Below, one piece after another: positions 13,051-24,878 of a DNA stretch of 64,000 nucleotides (its first letter is position 1; each line of letters opens with the position of its first letter). Source of the DNA: Stegostoma tigrinum (Eukaryota). Below the pieces are notes generated by a model. That model saw nothing but the letters and a program-made list of their open reading frames with translations. It had not been told where the DNA came from and ran no database searches. Location of the stretch: NCBI RefSeq assembly GCF_030684315.1, contig NC_081373.1, forward strand, positions 40,587,989 through 40,651,988. The letters run 5' to 3'. A program made the position numbers and the translations under genes.

Positions 13051-14171
13051 CTAACCATTTGTAAAGTACTAGTAAATGAAATATCCATTTGCAGGGTATA
13101 AAATTGAGGGTAGCTTTTAATGTATATATAGAATGGCACGGCTATAAAGGTTTAATTGAAATAAGTGTTGCATATATACACAAACATGAATTCTAGCACA
13201 AAATTGTTGTCATTTTACATGCTAGTTTGGCTTATACACAATTAGCTATGGTACTGGTTGAGAGAAACAGCCACTTTTCAATACCAATGTTCCCATACTG
13301 ACAAATGTCCATTGTTCTTTTTTTTGCCCCTGGGAACTGTGTTCCAATCTACTCTGAACTCAGGCAATAATATTCTCCTTTTTCTGACAACTATAAAGGT
13401 CCCCTAGTGAAATCAGTTTGAAAAGTCTGCATCTATTTCTTAACAGGTATGAATTTGCTTCAAAAAGCTGCCTATATTTCAACGCTAATTGGCCATCTTA
13501 TTCAGAAAGCATGCAAAGATGCCTAGCCTGGGAAATGGAAATGAAAGCTGTTATCCTTTACGCTGATAAGCAGAAAGTTTCACCCAAAATTTAAAGTCCA
13601 GAGAAAATCAGATCAGTTCTGGCTGAGAAGCCTCTCTGATATGTTAATATTGCAGCTCCAGCATCAATACACAGTGCACTGTCACAGATGTGAAAATTAC
13701 ATTACTGCACCAGATTAGAGCCTGATTTGACTCCTGCAGAGACTGCATGAGATTCCAAGAGTGAATAGTGTAAGTGAGTGGAATCTTAGCGGGCCCTGAA
13801 TGACGTGGGCTACGGCAAGAAATCTGAGGGCATCGCATGAGAGGTCAATTGAGGCCTTTCTCAACATTAGGAACAACAAATCGCATTTTCCAACAGAGCT
13901 CCAGGCTTCAAGATGAGATTGTTGCTAGTAAGTAGTGTGATGTCTATTAACAGGAATTATCGCTCATTATCACCCACAGTACTTATCAAACCCTCCACCG
14001 GAGAGAAACTAGATACTGAGAATTCCTAATATCAGAGTCAGAGTGGGCACTTGAAAACTCTGCAGCTCAGTCTGCTCCCTTGGACCTCTAGCCTGGGCAC
14101 CTGGCATAAACGCCTCAGGGCATGCTCCAACCCAGCAAACTCTTCAAATCCACCTGTAGTCCATTTCTTTA

Positions 14172-14524
14172 TTCTTTTTCAGTCATTCACAGACTGACGG
14201 TGTCGCTGGCTAGGCCAGCATTTATTTTCCACCCCTAATTGCCCAGAGAGCAGTTATCAATCAACTGCATTGCTGTGGGTTTGGAGTCACATGTACACCA
14301 GATCAGGTAAGGATGGCAGTTTCCTTCCCTAAAGGTGCACCAGATGGCATTTTCTGACAATTCGCAATGGTTTCACAGTCAACATTAATCTCTTAAGTCT
14401 AGCTATCTATTGAATTTAAATTCCACCATGTGCCATGGCAGGGTTTAGAGCCAGGTCCCTAGAACATTACCTGGGTCTCTGGATTTACATTCCAGTGATT
14501 ATACCACTAGACAATTGCCTCCCC
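14172..14524 (-). mobile_element. tRNA-derived SINE, full length, sharing head/body and tail with LINE family 2
   Basis: Degenerate A box (ttgtctagtgg) and B box (ggctctaaacc); body ...tagggaaggaaactgccatccttacc...; tail ggcaattagggg...aataaatgctggcctagccagcgacacc...gaatga. Confidence 0.85.
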
Positions 14525-15039
14525 TTCAATGCCACGTTATGGAATGCAACTAATGGCACATCCCATTGCAAAGCTGCTGCAAGGGTACTCTGCAAGTAGG
14601 GACAGGCACCCAAGCTTCCAAACTGGCCCATACAGCATCTCAGAGTTTCTTCTTTTATTTTCTTTGTGCTTGTTGAGTTTATGCCCTTCTGGATGCTCAC
14701 AGTCTGGTCTTTCCATGTAACACGTTGCCCCCTCAGCCAGAGCTAACAGGTACACAGTACATCTTTACTGATTTGCCTTTTAACACAGACACAAAGCCAA
14801 ACAGCATGATCGTTGTATGCAGTCTTAAGTTAAGTGAGTGACCACATTGCTGTAGGACACCACGTTATGGTGATCTCACGCCTGCACCACATGGCTGCAC
14901 CTCACGCAGTAAATACACTGCATGAGCTTCAAGAAGATGGCCACATCCCAAAGTCTAACAGTCCTCAGCCATGTTAAAGGAAGGCCTGGCGCAGTAAGTC
15001 AAGGGCAGCCACTGACTCATCTGTAGGTCTCGAGCAGTC

Positions 15040-16690
15040 ATTTGGTTATCAGGGAGGTCTTGGTCGGGAGAATCTTCTTGTAGGGGATGAGGAACCAATT
15101 GTCCACTGCCCCATCAACTCTCTCAGCTCTTTCTAGGCTGACACAAAGGGAAGGAGGGAGTGAAATGAAAGCTTGGATTGAGGATTGGCTGTCTGAGAGA
15201 AGGCAGGGAATTGGGATAAAAGGCTCTTTTTCAGAATGGCAACCGGTGATGAGTGGTGTCCCACAGGGCTTAGTCTTGGGGCTGCAGCTGTTCACTTTAT
15301 ATATTAATGATCTGGGTGAAGGGACTGTGGGCATTCTGGCGAAGTTTGCCGATGATACAAAGATAGGTGGACAGGCAGGTAGTACTGAGGACGTGGCGAG
15401 GCTGCTAAAAGATTTAGACAGTTTAGGAGGGTGGTCCAGGAAATGGCTGATGAAATTCAATGTGAGCAAATGCGAGGTTTTGCACTTTGGAAAAAAAAAC
15501 AGGCATGGACTATTTTCTAAACGGTGAGAAAATTCATAAAGCAGAAGTACAAAGGGATCTGGGAGTGTTGGTCCAGGATTCTCTAAAGGTTAACTCGCAG
15601 GTAGAATCCATGATTAAGAAAGCGAATGTAATGTTGTCATTTATCTCAAGAGGTTTGGAATTTAAAAGCAGTGATGTGCTTCTGAGACTTTATAAAGCTC
15701 TAGTTAGGCCCCATTTAGAATACTGTGTCCAATTTTGGGCCCCACACCTCAGGAAGGACATACTGGCACTGGAGCATGTCCAGCGGAGATTCACACGAAT
15801 GATTCCTAGAATGGTAGGTTTAACGTAAGATGAATAGCTAAGGATCCTGGGATTGTATTCATTACAGTTTAGAAGGTTGAGGGGAGATCTAATAGAAACT
15901 TACAAGATAATGTATGGCTTAGAAGGGGTGGATGCTGGGAAGTTGTTTCCGTTAGGCAGGGAGACTAGGACCCGTGGGCACAGCTTTAGAATTAGAGGGG
16001 GTAAATTTAAAATGGAAATGATGAGACATTTCTACAGCCAGAGAGTGGTGAGCTTGTGGAATTCATTGCCACGGAGTGCAGTGGAGGCCAGGACGTTGGA
16101 TGCCTTCAAGGCAGCGATCGATAAATTCTTGATCTCACAAGGAATCAGGGGCTACGGGGAGAGTGCAGGGAAGTGGAGTTGAAATGCCCATCAGTCATGG
16201 TTTAGATGGCGGAGTGGACTCGATGGGCCGAATGGCCTTACTTCCACTCCTATGTCTTATGGTCTTATGGAAAGTGAATGGCATAGCTGTTATTGCTGTT
16301 GCCTATGGGAGACAGGTTGCGCGGTTTTCTGGGTGAGTGAGTAGGCAGCACAGTGGTCACACAGGGTTAGTGTTCTGAGGGAACTGGGAGGGTGAGAGAA
16401 AATGAGAGATGTTGCAGGCAACAGTGAGAGTGATAAAGCATTAGGCTCCTGGGGGTTGCATTCAGGAACTGAAATAGAGTGAGTGCATTATAGCAGGGAG
16501 AAGATGATGGCACTAATCCTGGGCTTTCATTCAGATGACTAACATGGCACTGATCTAGGTGGCAAACTTTGACCAGACTGGCAGCATCTGGTCTTGTGGG
16601 AAGAGGACATTCTTCCTCTGTCCACTAAGATCTCGAGGTCCCTGCCCACAAAATCAAGTGCCAATTGCTTCTTGTCTCCCATGACTGAGG
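15040..16690 (-). mobile_element. Decayed Harbinger-type Myb/SANT-like ORF remnants (about 16520-16683 and 15040-15130), interrupted by a CR1
   Basis: Minus translation MGDKKQLALDFVGRDLEILVD..RKNVLFPQD..VWSKFA..ISAM, then ERAERVDGAVDNWFLIPYKK. Resembles Harbinger Myb-like proteins by eye only. Confidence 0.45.
15168..16270 (+). mobile_element. CR1 LINE 3' fragment, relatively young
   Basis: SGVPQGLVLG, FADDTKIGG, LVRPHLEYCVQFW and RTRGHS motifs; tail tatgtcttatggtcttatgg. Confidence 0.95.
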
Positions 16691-17409
16691 CAAGTGTCAC
16701 AAATCATGCAGGCCAGCTCTGGACCGATGGTGCTTCGCCAGGTGCATAATGGTGTTACCACCAGGGGTTAGTCTATTTTGGAACATCGCAACTATGGCAA
16801 ATGCTTCCAGATAGGGTGAGTGAGTGAATCAGGCTAGCATTGGATGAGAGAGGCGGGATAGATAGTTAATGAGGAGGTTTGGGATGATAATGCAAGAAAA
16901 CTCACTAGGCCTCAAGGGCAGAATCCCTCCATGAAATTCAACAAAAATAACAACCAAAATCTTATTTGATTCAGCTGACTGTTTTAGGGTTAATAGCATG
17001 TGAATAAGTCTAATTTCAATGAAATATCCAAATAATTCCACAATTTACTTCAAGCATATTGGCTTTAGCCTTCTCGTATATTTTGCAAACAAACTGGTAG
17101 TTTTGTAAAGTAGACAGTGATTGGTACTGCTCCTGTTCTTAATCTCAAATGAATATTAAAGCAAATGGTCTGAGGTATGCATTATTCTACTCGATATTAG
17201 AAATGTAGGGGCTGTTTCATTCTTTTCCGTGCCCAGCTGCACAATACAAATGTAAAATGGTTGCAGATCCTTCGTATTGAATATCTGTGATGAAATTGCA
17301 TGCCAAATTCCTATCGAGTTTCGAACAGAATGCACCTCACTCAGAAAAAGAAAGCGCAATAATAGTTGATGGGGTCAGCGTAACTTTAGCAGGAAAAAAA
17401 CGGATAATA

Positions 17410-17439
17410 ATGACTCAGCCAACCACTTTACATGACTCA
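17410..17439 (+). promoter_or_regulatory. Paired AP-1 sites; the first also matches the antioxidant response element
   Basis: ATGACTCAGC at 17410-17419 and TGACTCA at 17433-17439, in sequence where I recognise no TE. Confidence 0.3.
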
Positions 17440-17809
17440 CAATTTTCCTTTCCATTGACTTCACCCACAACCTAAGACTGACAAACAGACTTTCCTGAGC
17501 GAAGTACATCAGCTGTAAAGCGAGGCAGCAAGTGTCAGATTGAAAACATTTATCCTGTTGGAGACACTGCCAGAACTAAAATCACAAGTAAAGCATTAAA
17601 AATGTTTTCTGCACCTCAATGCACTATTCCAAATTAGGTTTTGATTTTAACTAATCTTGGCACTAAGTAAGACTTGAGAACAAATAATTATATTTTGCGG
17701 ACCACTGAGGCAAGAACTGAAGCTGTGCTGCATGACCACAGTTTCTGTGATACTTGTTCAAAAATAAAAATGTGACATGGATCATTAAGCATTAAATGCT
17801 CCCTACATC

Positions 17810-18350
17810 ACATGAAACAGAAAGTATTAGCATGCAGGTACAGCAGGCAATTAGGAAGGCAACCAGAATGACGGCATTTATTGTGAAGGTATGGAGTGTA
17901 AATGTAGAGAAGATTTGCCAAGAGTGTACAGGATGTTGGTGAGACTGCATCTAGAGTACTGGAGACAGTTCTTGTCTCTCTATTTAAAGTGAAGTAAGTT
18001 ATTTTTAAATCAGACTGTTCAGACTTGTTACCGCACATATCTGGGGAAGGTAAGATGTGAACCCAGGCCTCCAAGCTCAGATGAAGGGACACTATCATTG
18101 CACCACACTAACCCACCTTAAAGCAGGACATAATTGTATGAGGGTTATTTAGATAAGATCATTAGCTTGATTGCTGAGATTAAATCATTATCTTTATGAG
18201 GAAATTTCGACCAGGTTTGACCTGTATTGTTTGGATAATAGGAACAGACAGGAAAGTGGAGCGGAGGATGAAAATTTAATCAGCTACGATATTACTGAAT
18301 GGCAGAACAAGTTTCAGGGGCTTCTCCTGCTCCTATTCTTTACGTTCTTA
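17810..18350 (+). mobile_element. Old CR1 fragments
   Basis: HETESISMQVQQAIRKA and VRLHLEYW-like segments; decayed tail near 18300-18350. Confidence 0.7.
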
Positions 18351-18559
18351 TTGCACATATTTGTTCTACTTCATAGTGCAACTGTCAAATGCCAGAGGTG
18401 ATAGTTTTGTTGCGTGTTCCGGAAGATCAGTGGCCTGGGTATTCCAATTACTGGTGATTCTATTGCTTCATTCATTGGTGTCATTCATTTCCCAGATGAT
18501 TTACTGCAATCGTTCTCCACCTCTACATGTCCTGTGTTGCGCTCACGCGTTCAACGTGA

Positions 18560-19250
18560 CTCAACCACAACCAGTTCATTTTATGTCTCATCCATTTTTA
18601 TCTCTGCATTCATCTGTTAAATTTTCCACTCATCTTTTCCTGCATAATTGCTTCTGTTATTAGCCTCCTGCAATGACATTCCCAACATTCATTTTCTTGT
18701 TCTTAGATGTTTTCCACTTGATTTCCTCTTTTCTCTAGCCATTTCCAGTATCTCTTCATTAGTTTGTCTCTCTGTGTAGAATAAGCAGAACATTCTCCAA
18801 GATGTTACAATTTAATTGCATTTGTTTTATGAACTCTGTTTGTTGTTCATGGCTCCTAGACCTATAACACAATGACAAAGTGTCGCACTTTGGCATTTTT
18901 TTTGTAAGATTCAAGTTGAGTATTCTTGATGTTTAAGAATCTTTCATTTAAAAACTGGCATTGGTTATTTTAATTCTCCTTGGTTTTTGCAATTATATCT
19001 CCCACTATATGAGATGATCTGCACATGATACACAAAACTTTTCATTTATTCCAGGACTTGGCAGTTCACTTCAATTTGTCCTTTTAGAGTTAAGTCTTGA
19101 TTTAATCAACATTATCACAGTCTTCTTCACATTCATTCTTAACCTATGTTCCACACTCATTAGTTCATAATTTCCTGTACATCCTGTTCTGAGTCAACAA
19201 TCACTGTGAATCTCAAGTAGTTGATGTTCAATCTTCCCAATGTTGCAATC
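18560..19250 (-). mobile_element. Very decayed RTE-clade LINE fragment
   Basis: Minus-strand remnants GRLNINYLRF..VIVDSEQD and TERQTNEEILEMARE, typical of the RTE RT and C-terminal region. Confidence 0.5.
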
Positions 19251-20224
19251 AAGTAGATGCTCTAAGTCCCTGCAGATAGCTTCAGTGAACAAGATGAATA
19301 GTTTTGAGGACATATCATGTTCCTGGTGAAGTGCTGTTTTCTGAGTGAAGCAGTCGACAAGCCATCATCATGTCTCATCACTCCTGATTGAATCCAATAT
19401 TGATTCAGGATTATTCATTTAATCAAATGGTGCTGCTGTCGTACAAAATTTGAATATTGCTGAAAAGGAAGATAGTCTGCTGCACCATTGGAATTTCCTC
19501 ACTTACTTCAATGGGGGTTGTCTGTACAGGGTAGAAGTACTTCTAGGAGCATGCAGAAAGTCAGTGATGGGAAATATTGCCTTCAAACAGCGACAAACAC
19601 ACACTTAAGAGTGAAATGGTGGTGCTTCGAAATCATAAGTCACAGGAAAAGCAGGTTATGCATGAAAACTCCTGGGACATTGAAAGTTTGAAAGCCAAAT
19701 GGGAGCAAAAGATTGATTTTTACAAAGTACAAAATAGTCATTATTGCTAATTTCAGCTTTGTTTGCTTTCACAAGGCATGGTAATGCCATTACAATCAGC
19801 ATCTAATTCCTGGACCCTACTGGACACACAGCTAAGCAACCTCCTGTGCATTTCACATTGCATAGGTTACCATGCAGGAGAAGGCTGGCCACAGTGTTAA
19901 TCCCTCAGCATTTCGACTGGGGAAGCTGCTGCCAGAAACATGACTTCAACCATTGTCGCTTCCGAATGCATTGTGGCACCTCAGTAGAACAAGTACCTGT
20001 GTAGAATCACTGCCAGTAATTGAGAATGGCATTTGCTGATGACATGTCGGTGAGTAAGAGGATTTGAGACCAGAAAGTTCGGTAAGTGACATCATGCCAA
20101 TGAGTGTAAATAAGTCACCATATATGCCTCAGGAATATAGAAATCTAAATAATGGGACTCAAACTTCAAAAGAACAATGATTATGGAGAATGTAAGAATA
20201 TACAAACCAGGATGAGGATAAGAT

Positions 20225-21595
20225 AAGGTAATGGCCTTGTGGTACTATCATTAGACTATTAATACATAAAACAGGAAATGTTCAATGGAACTACATTCAA
20301 TCTTTGTGATGACAGATGATGGAATTTGAATTCCATTTTTAAAAAGTTGGAACTAAAACATCTAGCAATGACCATGAAACTATTGTCAATTGTCAGGAAG
20401 ATCTGATCTGGTTCACTAACACCCATTAGGGAAGAAAGCTGCTGCCTTCTGGAATGGCAGGCGGTGACAAGTGGAGTACCACAAGGTTCGGTGCTGGGAT
20501 CGCAGCTATTTACAATAGACATTAATAATATAGATAAAGGCATTAAAAGTAATATTAGCAAATTTGCTGGTGACACAAAGCTGGGTGGCAGGGTGAAATG
20601 TGAGGAAGATGTTACGAGAATACAGGGTGACTTGGACAGGCTAGGTGAGTGGACAGATGCATGGTAGATGCAGTTTAATGTGGATAAATGTGTGGTGATC
20701 CACTTTGGTGGCAAGAACAGGAAGGCAGATTACTATCTAAATGGAGTCAAGTTAGGTAAAGGGGAAGTTCAACGAGATCTGGATGTTCTTGTACATCAGT
20801 CAATGAAAGCAAGCATGCAGGTACAGCAGGCAGTGAAGAAAGCTAATGGCATGCTGGCCTTCATAACAAGACGAATTGAGTATAGGAGCAAAGAGGTCCT
20901 TCTGCAGCTGTAAAGGACCCAGGTGAGACCGTACCTTGAGTACTGTGTGCAGTTTTGGTCTCCAAATTTGAGGAAGGACATTCTGGCTATTGAGGGAATG
21001 CAGCTTAGGTTCACGGGGTCAATTCCCGGAATGGTGGGACTATCATATGTTGAAAGATTGGAGCGACTGGGCTTGTATACTCTTGAGTTTAGGAGGATGA
21101 GAGGGGATCTGATTGAGACGTATAAGATTATTAAGGGATTGGACAATCTGAAGGCAGAAAGTATGTTTCCGTTGATGGGGGAGTCCAGAACCAGAGGACA
21201 CAGTTTAAAAACAAGGGGTAGGCCATTTAGAACAGAGTTGAGGAAAAACTTCTTCACCCAGAGAGTGGTAGATATATGGAATGCTCTGCCCCAGAAGGCA
21301 GTGGAGGCCAAGTCTCTGGATAGTTTCAAGAAAGAGATAGATAGAGCTCTTAGAGATAGTGGAATCAAGGGTTATGGGGATAAGGCACGAACAGGATACT
21401 GATTGTGGATGATCAGCCATGATCATAATGACTGGTGGTGCTGGCTCGAAGGGCCGAATAGCCTACTCCTGCACCTATTGTCTATTGTCTATTGACTATA
21501 GACCCACGACAATGTGGTTGACTCTTAACTGTTCTCTGGGCAATTAGGTTTCACTGGCCTAATCAGTAATGCCCTGCTCATGAATTTACAAAAAG
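20225..21595 (+). mobile_element. tRNA-derived SINE (same family as 14172-14524), split into 20225-20446 and 21494-21595 by a CR1
   Basis: Head tggccttgtggtactatcattagactattaat...tagggaagaaagctgctgcc resumes after the CR1 as gacccacgacaatgtggttgactcttaactgttctctgggcaattagg. Confidence 0.8.
20447..21494 (+). mobile_element. CR1 LINE 3' fragment, young
   Basis: TSGVPQGSVLG, FAGDTKLGG, RPYLEYCVQFW and SRTRGHSL motifs; (ctattgt)n tail. Confidence 0.95.
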
Positions 21596-21885
21596 GAATA
21601 GGAGTAGGCCTTTCAGCCCACGGGGTATACAACTCCATCTTTTTTCTCCTGTATGGATCAAAAATCTGTCTAAGATTACCTTGAATATATTCAATGATCC
21701 AGCCTCCTCCCCTGTCTGCAGTGGGAAATTTCCAAAGATTAACAACCCCCTGAGAAAAGAAATTTCTCTTCATATCCGTCTTAAAGGTGCCACCCTTTAT
21801 TATGAACAGTAGCTCTAATTCTAAATTCCCCACAAGAGGAAACATTCTCAAGCATCCACCCTGTTGACTCCTTTCAAAATTTTAT
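21595..21885 (-). mobile_element. CR1 3' fragment
   Basis: FKTDMKRNFFSQGVVNLW on the minus strand. Confidence 0.8.
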
Positions 21886-22151
21886 TATTTTTTATTCATT
21901 CATTGGATGTGAGTGTCACTGTCTAGACCAAAATGGATTTCCAATTCTACCTTTCACTGGAGAAGGTAGTTGTGAATTGCCTTCTTGAATTTCCGCTTAG
22001 GCTGTAGAGGAACCCACGTTGCTTCAAGGAAGGATGTTCCATAAGGTTATCCTTGTGACAGTGAAGCAACAGTAATATACTTCCAAGTCATGATGGTGAA
22101 TAGATTGGAGGGCTGCTGTTCCTATCATCCTGTTGCCCTCATGTTCCTAGG

Positions 22152-22572
22152 TGTAATGATTGTAACGAGGTTAGCTGGGTAGACCTCATAGAATATGAGA
22201 TAACAAGGTGTGGAGCTGGATGAACACAAGCAGGCCAGGCAGTATCAGAGGAGCAAGAAAGCTGATGTTTCAAGTCAGGACCCTTCTTCTGAAGAAGGGT
22301 CCTGACCCGAAATGTCAGCTCTCTTGCTCCTCCAATCCTGCAATGTTCATCCAGCTCCACACCTTGTTATCTCATAAATGTCAGTTCCCTGATTGGACCA
22401 GATTAATAGACCCCATCAGGGAGTCCGGGCTGACAGATATAAACAGGAGAGTCAGAGGTTCTGTTCACTTGGATCTGGCTCGAAGGGAGCTGGATCGGTG
22501 TCAAGGATCCTCCATGTGTAAATAAAAGGTGATTTGGTAACTAGGGATATTGGCCTCTGTGGAGTTATTTCA
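22152..22572 (+). mobile_element. Solo LTR of the Gypsy family at 51827-56456
   Basis: TGTAATGATTG...GAGTTATTTCA termini; 5-bp TSD CTAGG at 22147-22151 and 22573-22577; internal TATAAA and AATAAA. Confidence 0.88.
22200..22370. mobile_element. Palindromic PLE mini-insertion inside the solo LTR
   Basis: Arms fuse at ccttcttctgaagaagg. Degenerate TSD ctcatagaatatgag / ctcataaatgtcag. Hammerhead motif on + at 22289-22319. Confidence 0.85.
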
Positions 22573-23167
22573 CTAGGTGGTTGAGGTTCCAAGATAGGAA
22601 GATAGGCAGATGCTGTCCAAGGGATCTTGGTAAATGTTTGCTCTCCAATTTGTTGATAGAGCCCATTATTGCTGTTGTGCATCATGGCGAAGGGCGTGAA
22701 TGTTAATGATAGTGCTAATGAAATAGGTTGTTTATCAGGGTGATATCAGGCTTCTTCAGTGCTGTTGAAGCTATACCCATTCAGGCAAATGCAGAGTATT
22801 CCAACACACTGTTGACAAGTGCCTTCTAGATGGCAGGCAGCAAATAAGGAGACAGGAAGTGAGTTACTCACTGTGCAATTCCTAGCCATATCTAAACTCC
22901 AGTGAATATAGGTCTAAGTTTTCAATCTATCCCATAAGATAACACCTTCATCCCAGGAATCAACCAAGTGAAACTTCTGTGACCTTCTTCCAATGGAAGT
23001 GTATCCCTCCTTAAAAAAGGAGGCCAAACATTGTGCCTGGAATACTGCATTATATCCCAATAACCTTTACTGTTGTAGCAAGACTTTCCCATCAGAACCT
23101 TACAACTTGTCCAAAATGTCATCCCTCTCTACATGTCAAGGTGGGCAGTGGTAGGTACCAGTGGTAG

Positions 23168-23394
23168 GTACACTCTCGGCAAATCTTCTCTACATTTACA
23201 CTCCATGCCCTCGCAATAAATGTCATCATTCTGTTTGCCTTCCTAATTGCCTGCTGTACCTGCATGCTAATACTTTCTGTTTCATGTGATGTCGGGAGCA
23301 TTTAATGTCTAATGATCCATGTCACATTTTTATTTTTGAACAAGTATCACAAAAACTGTGGTCATGCAGCACAGCTTCAGTTCTTGCCTCAGTG
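23168..23394 (-). repeat. Inverted local copy of 17703-17929
   Basis: About 225-bp reverse-complement match that spans both a CR1 piece and its unique flank. Confidence 0.9.
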
Positions 23395-23689
23395 ATAAAG
23401 CATGAAGCTCCTGGGGGTTGCATTCAGGAACAGATAGAATGACTGCATTATAGCAGGGAGAGGATGGTGGCACTTATCCTGGTGGCACAGAGAAGATCAA
23501 GGGCCTGCTATCCACTTTATTGTGCATATCTGACATGCTAAATATAAAGACTGCAACAATTGTACAGGTTTTCTTGTAAGTCCTGTATTGTTTATATATT
23601 TTTATGGAATTTATTTTCAAATTTTATGAATGAAGTATATTTTTGGAAAATCAATTAATTCTTTAATAGAGGATGAACAAAGAACACAC

Positions 23690-24249
23690 GAGAATCATAG
23701 ACCTGACAAATTTGGAAACTGACCCTTTGGTCCAACTTGTCCAAGATGACCAGGTATCCTAAATTAATCTAGACCCATTTGCCAGCATTTGGCCCATATC
23801 CCACAAAACCTTCCCTATTCATGTACCCCTCCAGATGCCTTTTAAACGTTGTAATTGTACCCACCGCCACCATTTCCTCTGGCAGCTCATTCCATACACT
23901 GACCACCATCTGTATGAAAATGTTGCTCCTGAGGTCCCTTTTAAATCTTTCCATTCTCAACTCAAACCTATGGCCTCTAGTTTTAGACTCCTCTATCCTG
24001 GGGAAAAGACCTTGTCTAGTTACCCTATCCAGGCCCCTCATGATTTTATAAACATCTATAAGGTCACCCCTCTGCCTCCGACATCCAGCGAAAATAGCCC
24101 CAACCTTTTCAGCCTCTCCCTATAGCTCAAACCCTCCAACCCTGGTAACATCGTTGTAAATCTTTTCTGAATTCTTTCACATTTCACAACATCTTTTCTA
24201 TAGTAGAGAGACCAGAATTGAACATATTATTCTATAAGCGACCTATATG
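23690..24249 (-). mobile_element. CR1 LINE 3' fragment
   Basis: MRGLDRV...SKTRGHRF...WNELPEE...GYGPNAGKW. Confidence 0.92.
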
Positions 24250-24252
24250 CTA

Positions 24253-24878
24253 GGGTGGAACTTTAATTCTCCATGCCACCCAACAATCAGCAGAAGGACA
24301 TTCAAATTAAGCTGTAAGGCATGGAATGGTATGACCTTCACCCTCCTGCTAATCCCCCAATTAATTCAGGGGGTGTGGAAGTTTGAAGTCAGTCTTCCCA
24401 ACCCAAGCAAAGTGAGGCCATTGAAGGTTAATTATTGGGGAGGTCGGGTTAGGATGGGCAGAGTCCAGCTAGCAGCAAAAGCAGCCTTTACTGAAAGCAC
24501 CCACCTCTGCTCTCCAAATCAACCCCTCCTCCCCCATCTGCTTCCCTGGATGCTCTACCTGTCTGGCCTTGGTAGTCTGCATCTCTTACCACTCCTCTGC
24601 CTTCCAGCACTGCTCTTGGTCCCTGGGGTCCAGTGCACTTCCAAAATTGGATACATTCCCACTGGTGTTTCTGCGACTGAAGAGCTGCCAAACCCCAAAA
24701 CGGCCAGCAGGACTTGGAGGTCAGGCTTTTGCTTCAGAAAACCAAGGAATCTCGACAACAGGCTGTGGGTGGCGAATTGGAATTGAACTCTGTTATGGTT
24801 CCCAGAAATGGTACAATGGGTTATCACTGTTTTTCTGGCCATTAGCTGGGCCACTGACAAAGCCATTAAATTCAGCCA
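24253..24878. mobile_element. Possible Harbinger-type MITE
   Basis: Imperfect TIRs gggtggaacttta / taaattcagcca with CTA on both flanks. A similar short element lies at about 56501-56637. Confidence 0.3.

Larger units (their letters stand above)
21888..22893 (-). mobile_element. LINE family 2 3' fragment, hosting a solo LTR
   Basis: Reverse tail tttattcattcattggatgtgagtgtcact...gtgaattgccttcttgaa; the RT C-terminal remnant extends to about 22890. Confidence 0.75.

Noticed and set aside
17286-17345. C/D box snoRNA (GTGATGA at about 17287)
   Set aside because: No properly placed CTGA box D or terminal stem.
24247-24786. 179-aa ORF
   Set aside because: No recognisable motifs; it lies in a probable decayed MITE.
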